Positions 25,335 to 32,000 of a stretch of DNA of 32,000 nt are shown here, in pieces (position 1 is the stretch's first letter; the number at the start of each line of letters is the position of its first letter). Source of the stretch: Aquifex aeolicus VF5 (GTDB lineage: Bacteria; Aquificota; Aquificia; Aquificales; Aquificaceae); NCBI RefSeq assembly GCF_000008625.1, contig NC_000918.1:360001-392000 (forward strand), written 5' to 3'. Made by a program: the position numbers and the translations under genes. The notes below the pieces were generated by a model. The model saw nothing but the letters and a program-made list of their open reading frames with translations. It did no database searches and had not been told where the DNA came from.

Positions 25335-26282
25335 ATGCTATCCGAAGAAAGGGTAAAGGAACTTCTTAAAAAACTCAAAGATTTAAAAATCCTCGTGGTG
25401 GGAGACGTAATCCTTGACACCTACCTTTACGGGAATGTGGAGAGGATTTCGCCCGAAGCTCCCGTTCCCGTTTTGGAAGTAGAAGGGGAAGAGTTCAGAC
25501 TGGGAGGAGCCGGAAACGTAGCGAAAAACTTATCTTCTTTAGGCGTGGAGACTTACCTTTGCGGTGTAGTAGGAAAGGACGAAGCGGGGAAAAGATTAAG
25601 GGAATTAATAGAGGGAAATTCCATAAGGAGTTTTTTAATTGAGGACGAGAGACCAACGACCAAGAAAACTAGGGTGGTATCGAGAAACCAGCAACTTCTT
25701 AGAATTGATTGGGAAGACAGGAGCTACATTTCCGGAAAAGCCCTTGAGAAAATTCTGGACGTTATAAAGAACTTGCAGGTTGACGGGATAATCGTTTCAG
25801 ACTACGCCAAGGGCGTTATCACGGAAGAGGTAATAAAGACTATCAGAGAGAAAGGCGTTTTTTACTCAGTGGACCCGAGACCAAAGCACAGGGAACTCTA
25901 CAGAAAAGCATATCTTATGACACCCAACGAAAAGGAATTGAGAGAAATGTCAAAATTTGAAGGAAGTGTTGAAGAACTCGGTAAAAAATTAAAAGAGGAG
26001 CTGGAACTTGAAACGCTTATAGTTACCCGCGGGGAAAAAGGGATGAGTTTATTTACGGAGAAAGGAGTTAAGCACTTTCCAGCTAGGGCGAGAAAGGTTT
26101 ACGATGTCACGGGAGCAGGGGACACGGTAATTGCAAGCATAACAGCCTTTAAACTCGCGGGGGCTACATGGGAGGAGTGTTGTGAACTCGGAAACGTGTG
26201 CGGCGGTATAGTGGTGGGTGAGTTTGGAACGGCAACCGTCACACCGGAAAAACTCCTGAAAGCCGTAAAACTAAATTCTTAA
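25335..26282 (+). CDS. hldA: D-glycero-beta-D-manno-heptose-7-phosphate kinase (RfaE domain I type, PfkB family), stand-alone
   Basis: The track ORF starts at 25224 inside the cyclase gene. I prefer the ATG at 25335. Motifs are ILVVGDVILDTYLYGNVERISPEAPVPV and GAGDTV. Confidence 0.8.
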   Translation: MLSEERVKELLKKLKDLKILVVGDVILDTYLYGNVERISPEAPVPVLEVEGEEFRLGGAGNVAKNLSSLGVETYLCGVVGKDEAGKRLRELIEGNSIRSFLIEDERPTTKKTRVVSRNQQLLRIDWEDRSYISGKALEKILDVIKNLQVDGIIVSDYAKGVITEEVIKTIREKGVFYSVDPRPKHRELYRKAYLMTPNEKELREMSKFEGSVEELGKKLKEELELETLIVTRGEKGMSLFTEKGVKHFPARARKVYDVTGAGDTVIASITAFKLAGATWEECCELGNVCGGIVVGEFGTATVTPEKLLKAVKLNS

Positions 26283-26284
26283 TT

Positions 26285-26986
26285 ATGTTCAAAAACTTAA
26301 TCTGGCTCAAAGAAGTAGACTCCACACAGGAAAGATTAAAGGAGTGGAACGTAAGCTACGGCACAGCTCTCGTTGCGGACAGACAGACGAAGGGAAGGGG
26401 AAGGCTCGGAAGGAAGTGGCTCTCTCAGGAAGGAGGACTTTACTTCAGTTTCCTTTTAAACCCTAAAGAATTTGAAAACCTCCTCCAGCTTCCCTTAGTC
26501 CTCGGACTTTCGGTTTCTGAAGCTTTAGAAGAAATTACGGAAATACCCTTTTCACTCAAGTGGCCAAACGACGTTTACTTTCAGGAAAAGAAAGTATCGG
26601 GTGTTCTGTGTGAACTTTCAAAGGATAAATTAATCGTCGGGATAGGTATAAACGTAAACCAGAGAGAAATTCCGGAGGAAATAAAAGACAGGGCTACCAC
26701 CCTTTATGAGATTACTGGAAAAGATTGGGACAGAAAGGAAGTCCTCTTAAAAGTTTTGAAAAGAATAAGCGAAAACTTAAAAAAGTTCAAAGAAAAGAGC
26801 TTTAAGGAATTCAAAGGAAAAATTGAAAGTAAAATGCTCTACCTCGGAGAAGAAGTGAAGCTCCTCGGTGAGGGGAAGATTACGGGAAAGCTCGTAGGAC
26901 TTTCCGAAAAGGGAGGAGCTTTAATACTTACGGAGGAAGGAATTAAGGAAATCCTATCGGGAGAGTTCAGCCTCAGAAGGTCTTGA
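26285..26986 (+). CDS. birA: Biotin--[acetyl-CoA-carboxylase] ligase, class I (no N-terminal HTH)
   Basis: 233 aa. Motifs are QTKGRGRLGRKW and KWPNDV. Confidence 0.85.
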   Translation: MFKNLIWLKEVDSTQERLKEWNVSYGTALVADRQTKGRGRLGRKWLSQEGGLYFSFLLNPKEFENLLQLPLVLGLSVSEALEEITEIPFSLKWPNDVYFQEKKVSGVLCELSKDKLIVGIGINVNQREIPEEIKDRATTLYEITGKDWDRKEVLLKVLKRISENLKKFKEKSFKEFKGKIESKMLYLGEEVKLLGEGKITGKLVGLSEKGGALILTEEGIKEILSGEFSLRRS

Positions 26987-27418
26987 GATTTTTAATTCCA
27001 TCAGAAGGGCGTTCTCACCGTCCGAATAGTATCCCTTCCTCTCGGTAACAACTTTAAAACCGAGTTTTTTGTAAAGGTTTATCGCTCTGAGGTTTGACTT
27101 TCTCACGTCCAAAACCACCCTTTTCACCTTATCACCTAGCCTGCTTATTGCTTCCCTCAGTAGCTTCTCTCCGTAGCCCTTTCCCCTGTATCCCGGAGCG
27201 ATTGCAAAGGTCATTATCGTTGCCTCTTCCTTTACGACCCAGAAAATTACGTAGCCCACCACTTTTCCGTCCTCTTCCAAAACGAAGCGTCTGGAAAACT
27301 TATTCTCAAAGTCCTTTTCAAAGGAGAACCTGCTCCAGGCGTCCGTTGTAAAGCTCTCCCTGTTTATCTCGTAAACCCTCTCCACATCCTCCCTTTCCAT
27401 TTCCCTGACTTTTAACAT
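26954..27418 (-). CDS. rimI: GNAT N-acetyltransferase, RimI-like (ribosomal-protein-alanine acetyltransferase)
   Basis: 154 aa. The acetyl-CoA motif is [11 protein letters not shown], and [19 protein letters not shown] is present. Confidence 0.75.
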
Positions 27419-27431
27419 TAAGATTTATTTT

Positions 27432-28265
27432 ATGCTCGGAATAATAGGCGGAAGCGGACTCTACAACCTCCCCGGCATAAAGGTAAAAGAAGAGGTTCAG
27501 GTAAAAACTCCCTTCGGAGAGCCTTCCTCTCCCGTGGTAATAGCGGAGGTAGAAGGAAAAAAAGTAGCCTTTTTAGCGAGACACGGAAGGGGGCATGAAT
27601 ACCCCCCTCACCTAGTCCCTTACAGGGCGAATTTATGGGCTTTGAGGGAAGTAGGTGTTAAGAGAGTTCTCGGAATCAGTGCGGTCGGCGGTATAAACGA
27701 ACTCTTGATGCCCGGAGATTTTGTGGTAATCCACGACTACCTTGACTTTACGAAGACCAGAAGGTCTACCTATTACGAAGGGAAGTTTTCCGTTAAGGTG
27801 GAGGGAGAAGACAAGGTGGCTAAGCTCTTGCGGGAAGGGAAGGTGGTTCACGTGGACATGAGTGAGGCTTACTGTCCTGAAATGAGAAAAGTTCTTATAC
27901 AAATCCTGAAGGAGAAAAATTTCAGATTTCACCCGAAAGGTGTTTACGCCTGCACGGAGGGACCGCGGTTTGAAACTCCATCTGAGATAAAGATGTTAAA
28001 ACTCCTCGGTGCGGACGTTGTTGGAATGACAGGATACCCGGAGGTGGCACTTGCGAGAGAACTCACGATGTGCTACGCGAGCCTTTGCGTGGTTGCAAAC
28101 CCTGCTGCGGGAATAGCGGGATACAGACTGACCAGCAACGAGGTCATTCAATTGATGAAGAGGAAAGAAGAAGAAATAAAGGAAGTAGTGCTTAAATTCA
28201 TAAAAGAACTTCCCGAAATTAGAAGTTGTGATTGTGAAAAATCTCTGGAGGGAGCTGAGGTATGA
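27432..28265 (+). CDS. mtnP: S-methyl-5'-thioadenosine phosphorylase (PNP family)
   Basis: 277 aa. Motifs are [29 protein letters not shown] and DVVGMT. A C-terminal CDC motif is present. Confidence 0.85.
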
Positions 28266-28570
28266 ATATAGAACAAATTCTTCATAACGAGGCATTTAAG
28301 GAGTTCGGAACGGGAGCTTTGATAGGTTTTACGCTGGGCTACACTTTCAAAAAGTTATTTAAGGTCTTCGTCTTTCTTCTCGGACTGTATTTAATAACGC
28401 TTATATACCTGAACAATCAGGGTATCGTTGAAATTCAGTGGGACAACCTAGAGTCCTGGGTAAATTATGTGTTTGAGGGTTTCAGAAACTTTGCAAGAAA
28501 CATTACGGCTCCGGTTGCTTCCCTCGGTGGGTTTGCGGTAGGATTTACCGCGGGACTGAAGTTCGGATAA
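28262..28570 (+). CDS. Small membrane protein, FUN14-like
   Basis: 102 aa with 2-3 TM segments ([12 protein letters not shown]..., [28 protein letters not shown]). The start overlaps the mtnP stop as ATGA. Confidence 0.5.
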
Positions 28571-29645
28571 CCTCCTCGTAAAGACTCTCGTAATCTTTCA
28601 AAAATCTTTCACACCTGAAGACATGAGCCCTTTCCGGGGCTTTCTGTGAAAGCTTGAAGTATAACTCGGGGTTTTGATAAAGCTTTAAGAAGGCTTTTTT
28701 AACGCACTCAACCTTCTCCTCACAGAGAATTCCTCCATCTCCTACGATTTCCGGTGCTGAACCTTCCTTTAAAGCTATCACGGGCATTCCCGTTGCCATG
28801 GCTTCTGCGAAGGAAAGACCAAAGGTCTCAGTCTTTGAAGTGTTTAACAAAACGTCGTGAGAAAGGTAAAGCTCTGGAAGTTCCTCCCTTGGAACAAAGC
28901 CGAGAAAGTTTGCCTTTATCCCGAGCTTCCTTGCTAATTTTTCGAGTTTTTCTTTCTCGTTTCCCTCACCTACGATAGTGTACTCTACGGGAACTTCCTT
29001 GGAGATTTCGGCAACACACTTCAGGGCAAATTCTGGGTTTTTGTCCTTATCAAGCCTCGAAACCGTAAGTATTCTGTTTCTCGGATTTCTGAGCTTTCTC
29101 TTCTCGGACACGAAGAAGTAGTCGGGAATGCCGTTGTAAATCACCTTAACGCAAAAAGAATCAAGTTCTTCGTAGAGTTTTTTCTGGTACTTCGACACAA
29201 AAACCACACAATCGGTAAAATTCCCGAAAAAAGAAACGAGCTTTTTCGCTATAACTCCGTTGTCTATCTTTATCCCGTGGTAAGTGAGCTGTTTCGGGTG
29301 TATGTGTATAGTTCCGACGGTAGGAATTTTAAGAATTTTTCCCATTAAAAGTGCCATCGTTCCCGCGAGAAAAGGGTCGTGGTAATGGATTACATCGGGG
29401 TTGAAGTTTTTAAGTTCCTTCAAGAGTTCTACATTCGGAAGTGCTATTTCCACGTTGTGGTAGAAAGGGTACTTTATACTGGGGAGTTTCAGAACTTTAA
29501 AGGGGGTTTCTTCCTCCGCAGTACTTCCCGTGATTACGAGGACTTCATATCCCTTTTTTGAGAGTCCGAAAGCGAGCTGGCGGGCTACCTGAGTCCCACC
29601 TCCGAGATCTTTTCTGAAACTGTCCGTAAAGAGTGCAATCTTCAT
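28545..29645 (-). CDS. Glycosyltransferase family 4 (GT-B, RfaG-like)
   Basis: 366 aa. The N-terminus is GGGTQVARQLA and the C-terminal E-x7-E region is FGLSFAEAMATGMPVIALKEGSAPEIV. Confidence 0.8.
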   Translation of the reverse strand: MKIALFTDSFRKDLGGGTQVARQLAFGLSKKGYEVLVITGSTAEEETPFKVLKLPSIKYPFYHNVEIALPNVELLKELKNFNPDVIHYHDPFLAGTMALLMGKILKIPTVGTIHIHPKQLTYHGIKIDNGVIAKKLVSFFGNFTDCVVFVSKYQKKLYEELDSFCVKVIYNGIPDYFFVSEKRKLRNPRNRILTVSRLDKDKNPEFALKCVAEISKEVPVEYTIVGEGNEKEKLEKLARKLGIKANFLGFVPREELPELYLSHDVLLNTSKTETFGLSFAEAMATGMPVIALKEGSAPEIVGDGGILCEEKVECVKKAFLKLYQNPELYFKLSQKAPERAHVFRCERFLKDYESLYEEVIRTSVPR

Positions 29646-29654
29646 AAATAGATT

Positions 29655-30935
29655 TTAAAGGGGAAGGGAAGCAGATTTCTTTCTGTACTTTTCCCACTCC
29701 TCCGGGAATTTCTCAAGTGTTTGTCTGATAAGCCTTCCCGCAACAGCCCCGAGACCGCATATAGAAGTGGGTTGAATGTTCCTGTTTACAAAGTCAAAAC
29801 CTTCCCAGTCCTGCTCTGTAGCTTCACCCTTGTATATTTTCTCAAGGAGGTTTGCCTGTTCGTAGCACCCTACCCTGCAAGGGGTGCACTGTCCGCAGGT
29901 TTCGTGTTCGTAGAACTCTGCAATTTTTAGAGCTGCTTCCACTATGTCGTCCTCTTCCGTGAGCACTATAACCGTTCCCGTTCCGCCAAACCCGAGAGGA
30001 GAGTAGTCCATGGGAATGTCGAGTTCTTCCGAGGAAAAGCAGTCAAGAGCCCCGGAAAATACAGCCTTCACCTTTTTGTTTCCGAGGGTTCCGCCCGCAT
30101 ACTTGAATATGACTTCCCTGAGTGTTGTGTTCATGGGAAGCTCGTAAACCCCGGGTTTTTTCACCTTACCGCTTACGGGAAAGAGTTTTGGTCCAGCGTA
30201 GTCACTCGGGCCTATGTACCTGTACTCCTCCCAGCCCATGGAAATTATAAAGGGAACGTTAGCTATGGTTTCTACGTTGTTCACTACCGTCGGTTTTCCC
30301 CAGAGTCCCTTCTGGACGGGGTATGGGGGTTTTAACCTCGGGTGTCCCCTTTTACCCTCAAGGCTTTCTATCAGAGCGGTTTCCTCACCGCATATGTAGG
30401 CACCCGCACCCCTTGCCACGTATATCTCAAGGTCAAATCCCGAACCCAAGATGTTCTTTCCTAAAAATCCCTTCTTTTTCGCCTCCTCTATTGCATCCCT
30501 CAGTATGTAATAGCCCGCGGGGTACTCTCCCCTTATGTATATGTATGCTTCGTTTGCCCCAATCGCATAGGAGGATATGATTATTCCCTCTATCAGGAGG
30601 TGGGGATCCCTCTCTATTATTATCCTGTCCTTAAAGGTTCCCGGTTCTGACTCGTCCGCGTTGCATATAAAGTACCTGGGTCCGGGGTTCTGAACCGCGA
30701 ATTTCCACTTCTTCCCGGTTGGGAATCCTGCTCCTCCTCTACCCCGCAGCGTACTTTTGTCAACCCAGTCTATGATTTCCTCGGGGGACATGTTCAGGGC
30801 TTTTTCTAAAGCCTGGTATCCCCCATCTTTTAAGTACTCATCTATGGAATGAACTCTGGGCTTTTTAGCCCTCTTGAGGAGCATATTAAGGGTAGTTTCA
30901 GCGTAAATCCTAGGTATAGCGGGATAGGATCTCAT
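29655..30935 (-). CDS. nuoF: NADH-quinone oxidoreductase subunit F (FMN/NADH-binding, 4Fe-4S)
   Basis: 426 aa. Motifs are GRGGAGFPTG, ADESEPGTFKDR, GAGAYICGEETAL and ETCGQCTPCR. GAGGTG SD lies 7 nt upstream of the ATG at 30935. Confidence 0.95.
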   Translation of the reverse strand: MRSYPAIPRIYAETTLNMLLKRAKKPRVHSIDEYLKDGGYQALEKALNMSPEEIIDWVDKSTLRGRGGAGFPTGKKWKFAVQNPGPRYFICNADESEPGTFKDRIIIERDPHLLIEGIIISSYAIGANEAYIYIRGEYPAGYYILRDAIEEAKKKGFLGKNILGSGFDLEIYVARGAGAYICGEETALIESLEGKRGHPRLKPPYPVQKGLWGKPTVVNNVETIANVPFIISMGWEEYRYIGPSDYAGPKLFPVSGKVKKPGVYELPMNTTLREVIFKYAGGTLGNKKVKAVFSGALDCFSSEELDIPMDYSPLGFGGTGTVIVLTEEDDIVEAALKIAEFYEHETCGQCTPCRVGCYEQANLLEKIYKGEATEQDWEGFDFVNRNIQPTSICGLGAVAGRLIRQTLEKFPEEWEKYRKKSASLPL

Positions 30936-31392
30936 TTAACTGCACCTCGCTTTCAAATTTATACTCATCATCGTTTACCATAAACACGGGAGCTTCCGAG
31001 CAAGCTCCCAGACACTGAACGGGAACTATCTTAAACTTACCGTCGGGGGTAACTTCCCCTGGTTTTATACCGAGGATATTCTCAAGAGCTTTCAAAAGTT
31101 TATTCGTTCCCATAAGGTGGCACACTATGCTCACGCAAACCCTTATCCTGTACTTTGCCTTGTCCTCCCTGTCAAACATATCGTAAAAGGCAACAACTCC
31201 TTCCACGTGGTTTAGGGGAAGTTCCAGCATGTCCGCCAAGGGCTTTAGGCTCTCGGGAGGTATGTATCCGTAGTAATTTTGTATTTCGTGAAGACACAGA
31301 AGTATAGCCTGTCTCTTTTTGGGAAAGTAATTTATGTGTTCCTGGAGCTTAGTTTTCAGCTCTTCGGGAAATTCAAACTCCGTTTTAAACAT
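30910..31392 (-). CDS. nuoE: NADH-quinone oxidoreductase subunit E (2Fe-2S)
   Basis: 160 aa with the Cys pattern VCVSIVCH...CLGACSEAP. The 3' end overlaps the nuoF start by 26 nt. Confidence 0.95.
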   Translation of the reverse strand: MFKTEFEFPEELKTKLQEHINYFPKKRQAILLCLHEIQNYYGYIPPESLKPLADMLELPLNHVEGVVAFYDMFDREDKAKYRIRVCVSIVCHLMGTNKLLKALENILGIKPGEVTPDGKFKIVPVQCLGACSEAPVFMVNDDEYKFESEVQLNEILSRYT

Positions 31393-31411
31393 AGTTAATA
31401 ATTTTAAAAAA

Positions 31412-32000
31412 CTAATCCGTTTTTACAATTAAAAACACCATCTCCTTCCTACCACCTTTCTGGCGAGCCATATTTTTGAGCCTTTCCGCCCCCTTTTCCA
31501 AATCGCAACACGAAAGTGCCTCTTCTATCTCTCCTTCGCTTAAAACTTCCACAAACCCGTCGGAGGCAAGCAGGAACAGGTCCCCCTCCTCGTAGTGCGA
31601 TGAAAAGGTGTAAACTTCAGGGTTCCACTCAAGCCCAAGAACTTTAACCACTTTTTTGTTTCCCTTTATCTTCACCTGGTCCTCCGTTAGCCTGTACAGT
31701 CTTCCCTTCCTGAAGAGGTATATCCTTGAGTCCCCCACGTGTCCTATGTAAAAGTTCCTTTCGTTGAAGGAAAGGAGGCTTAGCGTAGTTCCCGAAAGCA
31801 CACTATCCTCAAGTTTTCCCAGTTCCTTTATTAGTTCCCTGTTAATCTTTGAAAAGTTCTCCCTTATTTTCTCTTCCGAATTGTAGGGCTTGAATTTTGG
31901 TATTAAATCCACCGCTTTTTCAGCGGCAGCGACCGCGCCTTTTCCTATGCCCATTCCGTCCGCAACAGCAAAAATTTCCCCGTCCGCCCAGAACCTGTCC
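31412..32000 (-). CDS. PP2C-family Ser/Thr protein phosphatase (5' end beyond window)
   Basis: The track ORF starts at an internal Met (31954). The frame stays open to base 32000 and reads ...DRFWADGEIFAVADGMGIGKGAVAA. Motifs are AVADGMG, HVGDSRIY and LLASDGF. Confidence 0.75.
   Translation of the reverse strand, partial: DRFWADGEIFAVADGMGIGKGAVAAAEKAVDLIPKFKPYNSEEKIRENFSKINRELIKELGKLEDSVLSGTTLSLLSFNERNFYIGHVGDSRIYLFRKGRLYRLTEDQVKIKGNKKVVKVLGLEWNPEVYTFSSHYEEGDLFLLASDGFVEVLSEGEIEEALSCCDLEKGAERLKNMARQKGGRKEMVFLIVKTD

Noticed and set aside
24890-25420. 176-aa antisense ORF opposite the GGDEF domain and the heptose kinase start
   Set aside because: It has no recognisable motifs and a hydrophobic, low-complexity composition, and it is entirely shadowed by two well-supported sense genes. 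The same reasoning rejects 5214..5585, 5492..5887, 7938..8315, 8293..8655, 10228..10605, 21312..21698, 21643..21975, 22160..22540, 27633..27932 and 27996..28295.
1-32000. Replication origin (DnaA-box cluster), CRISPR array, IS element, or toxin-antitoxin/defence island
   Set aside because: I saw only isolated partial TATCCAC-like words (for example near 10134), not a cluster. The longest non-coding stretch is about 81 nt. I noticed no repeat-spacer periodicity or terminal inverted repeats. No transposase, Cas or nuclease-helicase defence signature appears in any ORF.

Overview
This is a very gene-dense segment (about 95% coding, about 35 genes on both strands, one tRNA) of ordinary chromosome from a hyperthermophilic Aquificae-type bacterium. 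From memory the NuoE/NuoF proteins look like Aquifex aeolicus, but I cannot verify that here.

Gene content, in order:
- TonB-dependent receptor (partial) divergent from tonB, then an exported hypothetical.
- RlmI-like methyltransferase, ADP-ribosylglycohydrolase, lpxD (frame-broken) and an LptF/G-like permease.
- marC, a small ORF, archaeal-type apgM, hpt and a 399-aa hypothetical.
- M20 deacylase (frame-broken).
- A tightly packed minus-strand string: rsuA, frdB/sdhB, radA, fused nuoCD, trpG, nfi.
- An exported hypothetical followed by ftsI.
- bioD, thiE, recN and tRNA-Thr(CGU).
- A heme-c/GGDEF sensor cyclase.
- Heptose kinase, birA, rimI, mtnP and a FUN14-like protein.
- GT4 glycosyltransferase, nuoF, nuoE and a PP2C phosphatase (partial).

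I saw no CRISPR array, transposase, integrase, prophage or recognisable defence or toxin module, and I cannot support a claim of a wholly new multi-gene system.

The observations most worth follow-up are:
1. Two conserved genes, lpxD and an M20 deacylase, are each split by a single frame change. The M20 C-terminal catalytic segment lies in a 56-codon ORF absent from the supplied track.
2. Endonuclease V homology continues about 38 codons upstream of its first ATG, has no canonical start codon, and overlaps trpG.
3. A diguanylate cyclase has a periplasmic CxxCH module and a 7-Cys cytoplasmic module.
4. tRNA-Thr, with no encoded CCA, sits 10 nt upstream of recN.
5. A palindromic candidate operator lies between the divergent receptor and tonB genes.
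6. The packing is extreme: seven convergent 3' overlaps and divergent start codons only 4-29 nt apart.
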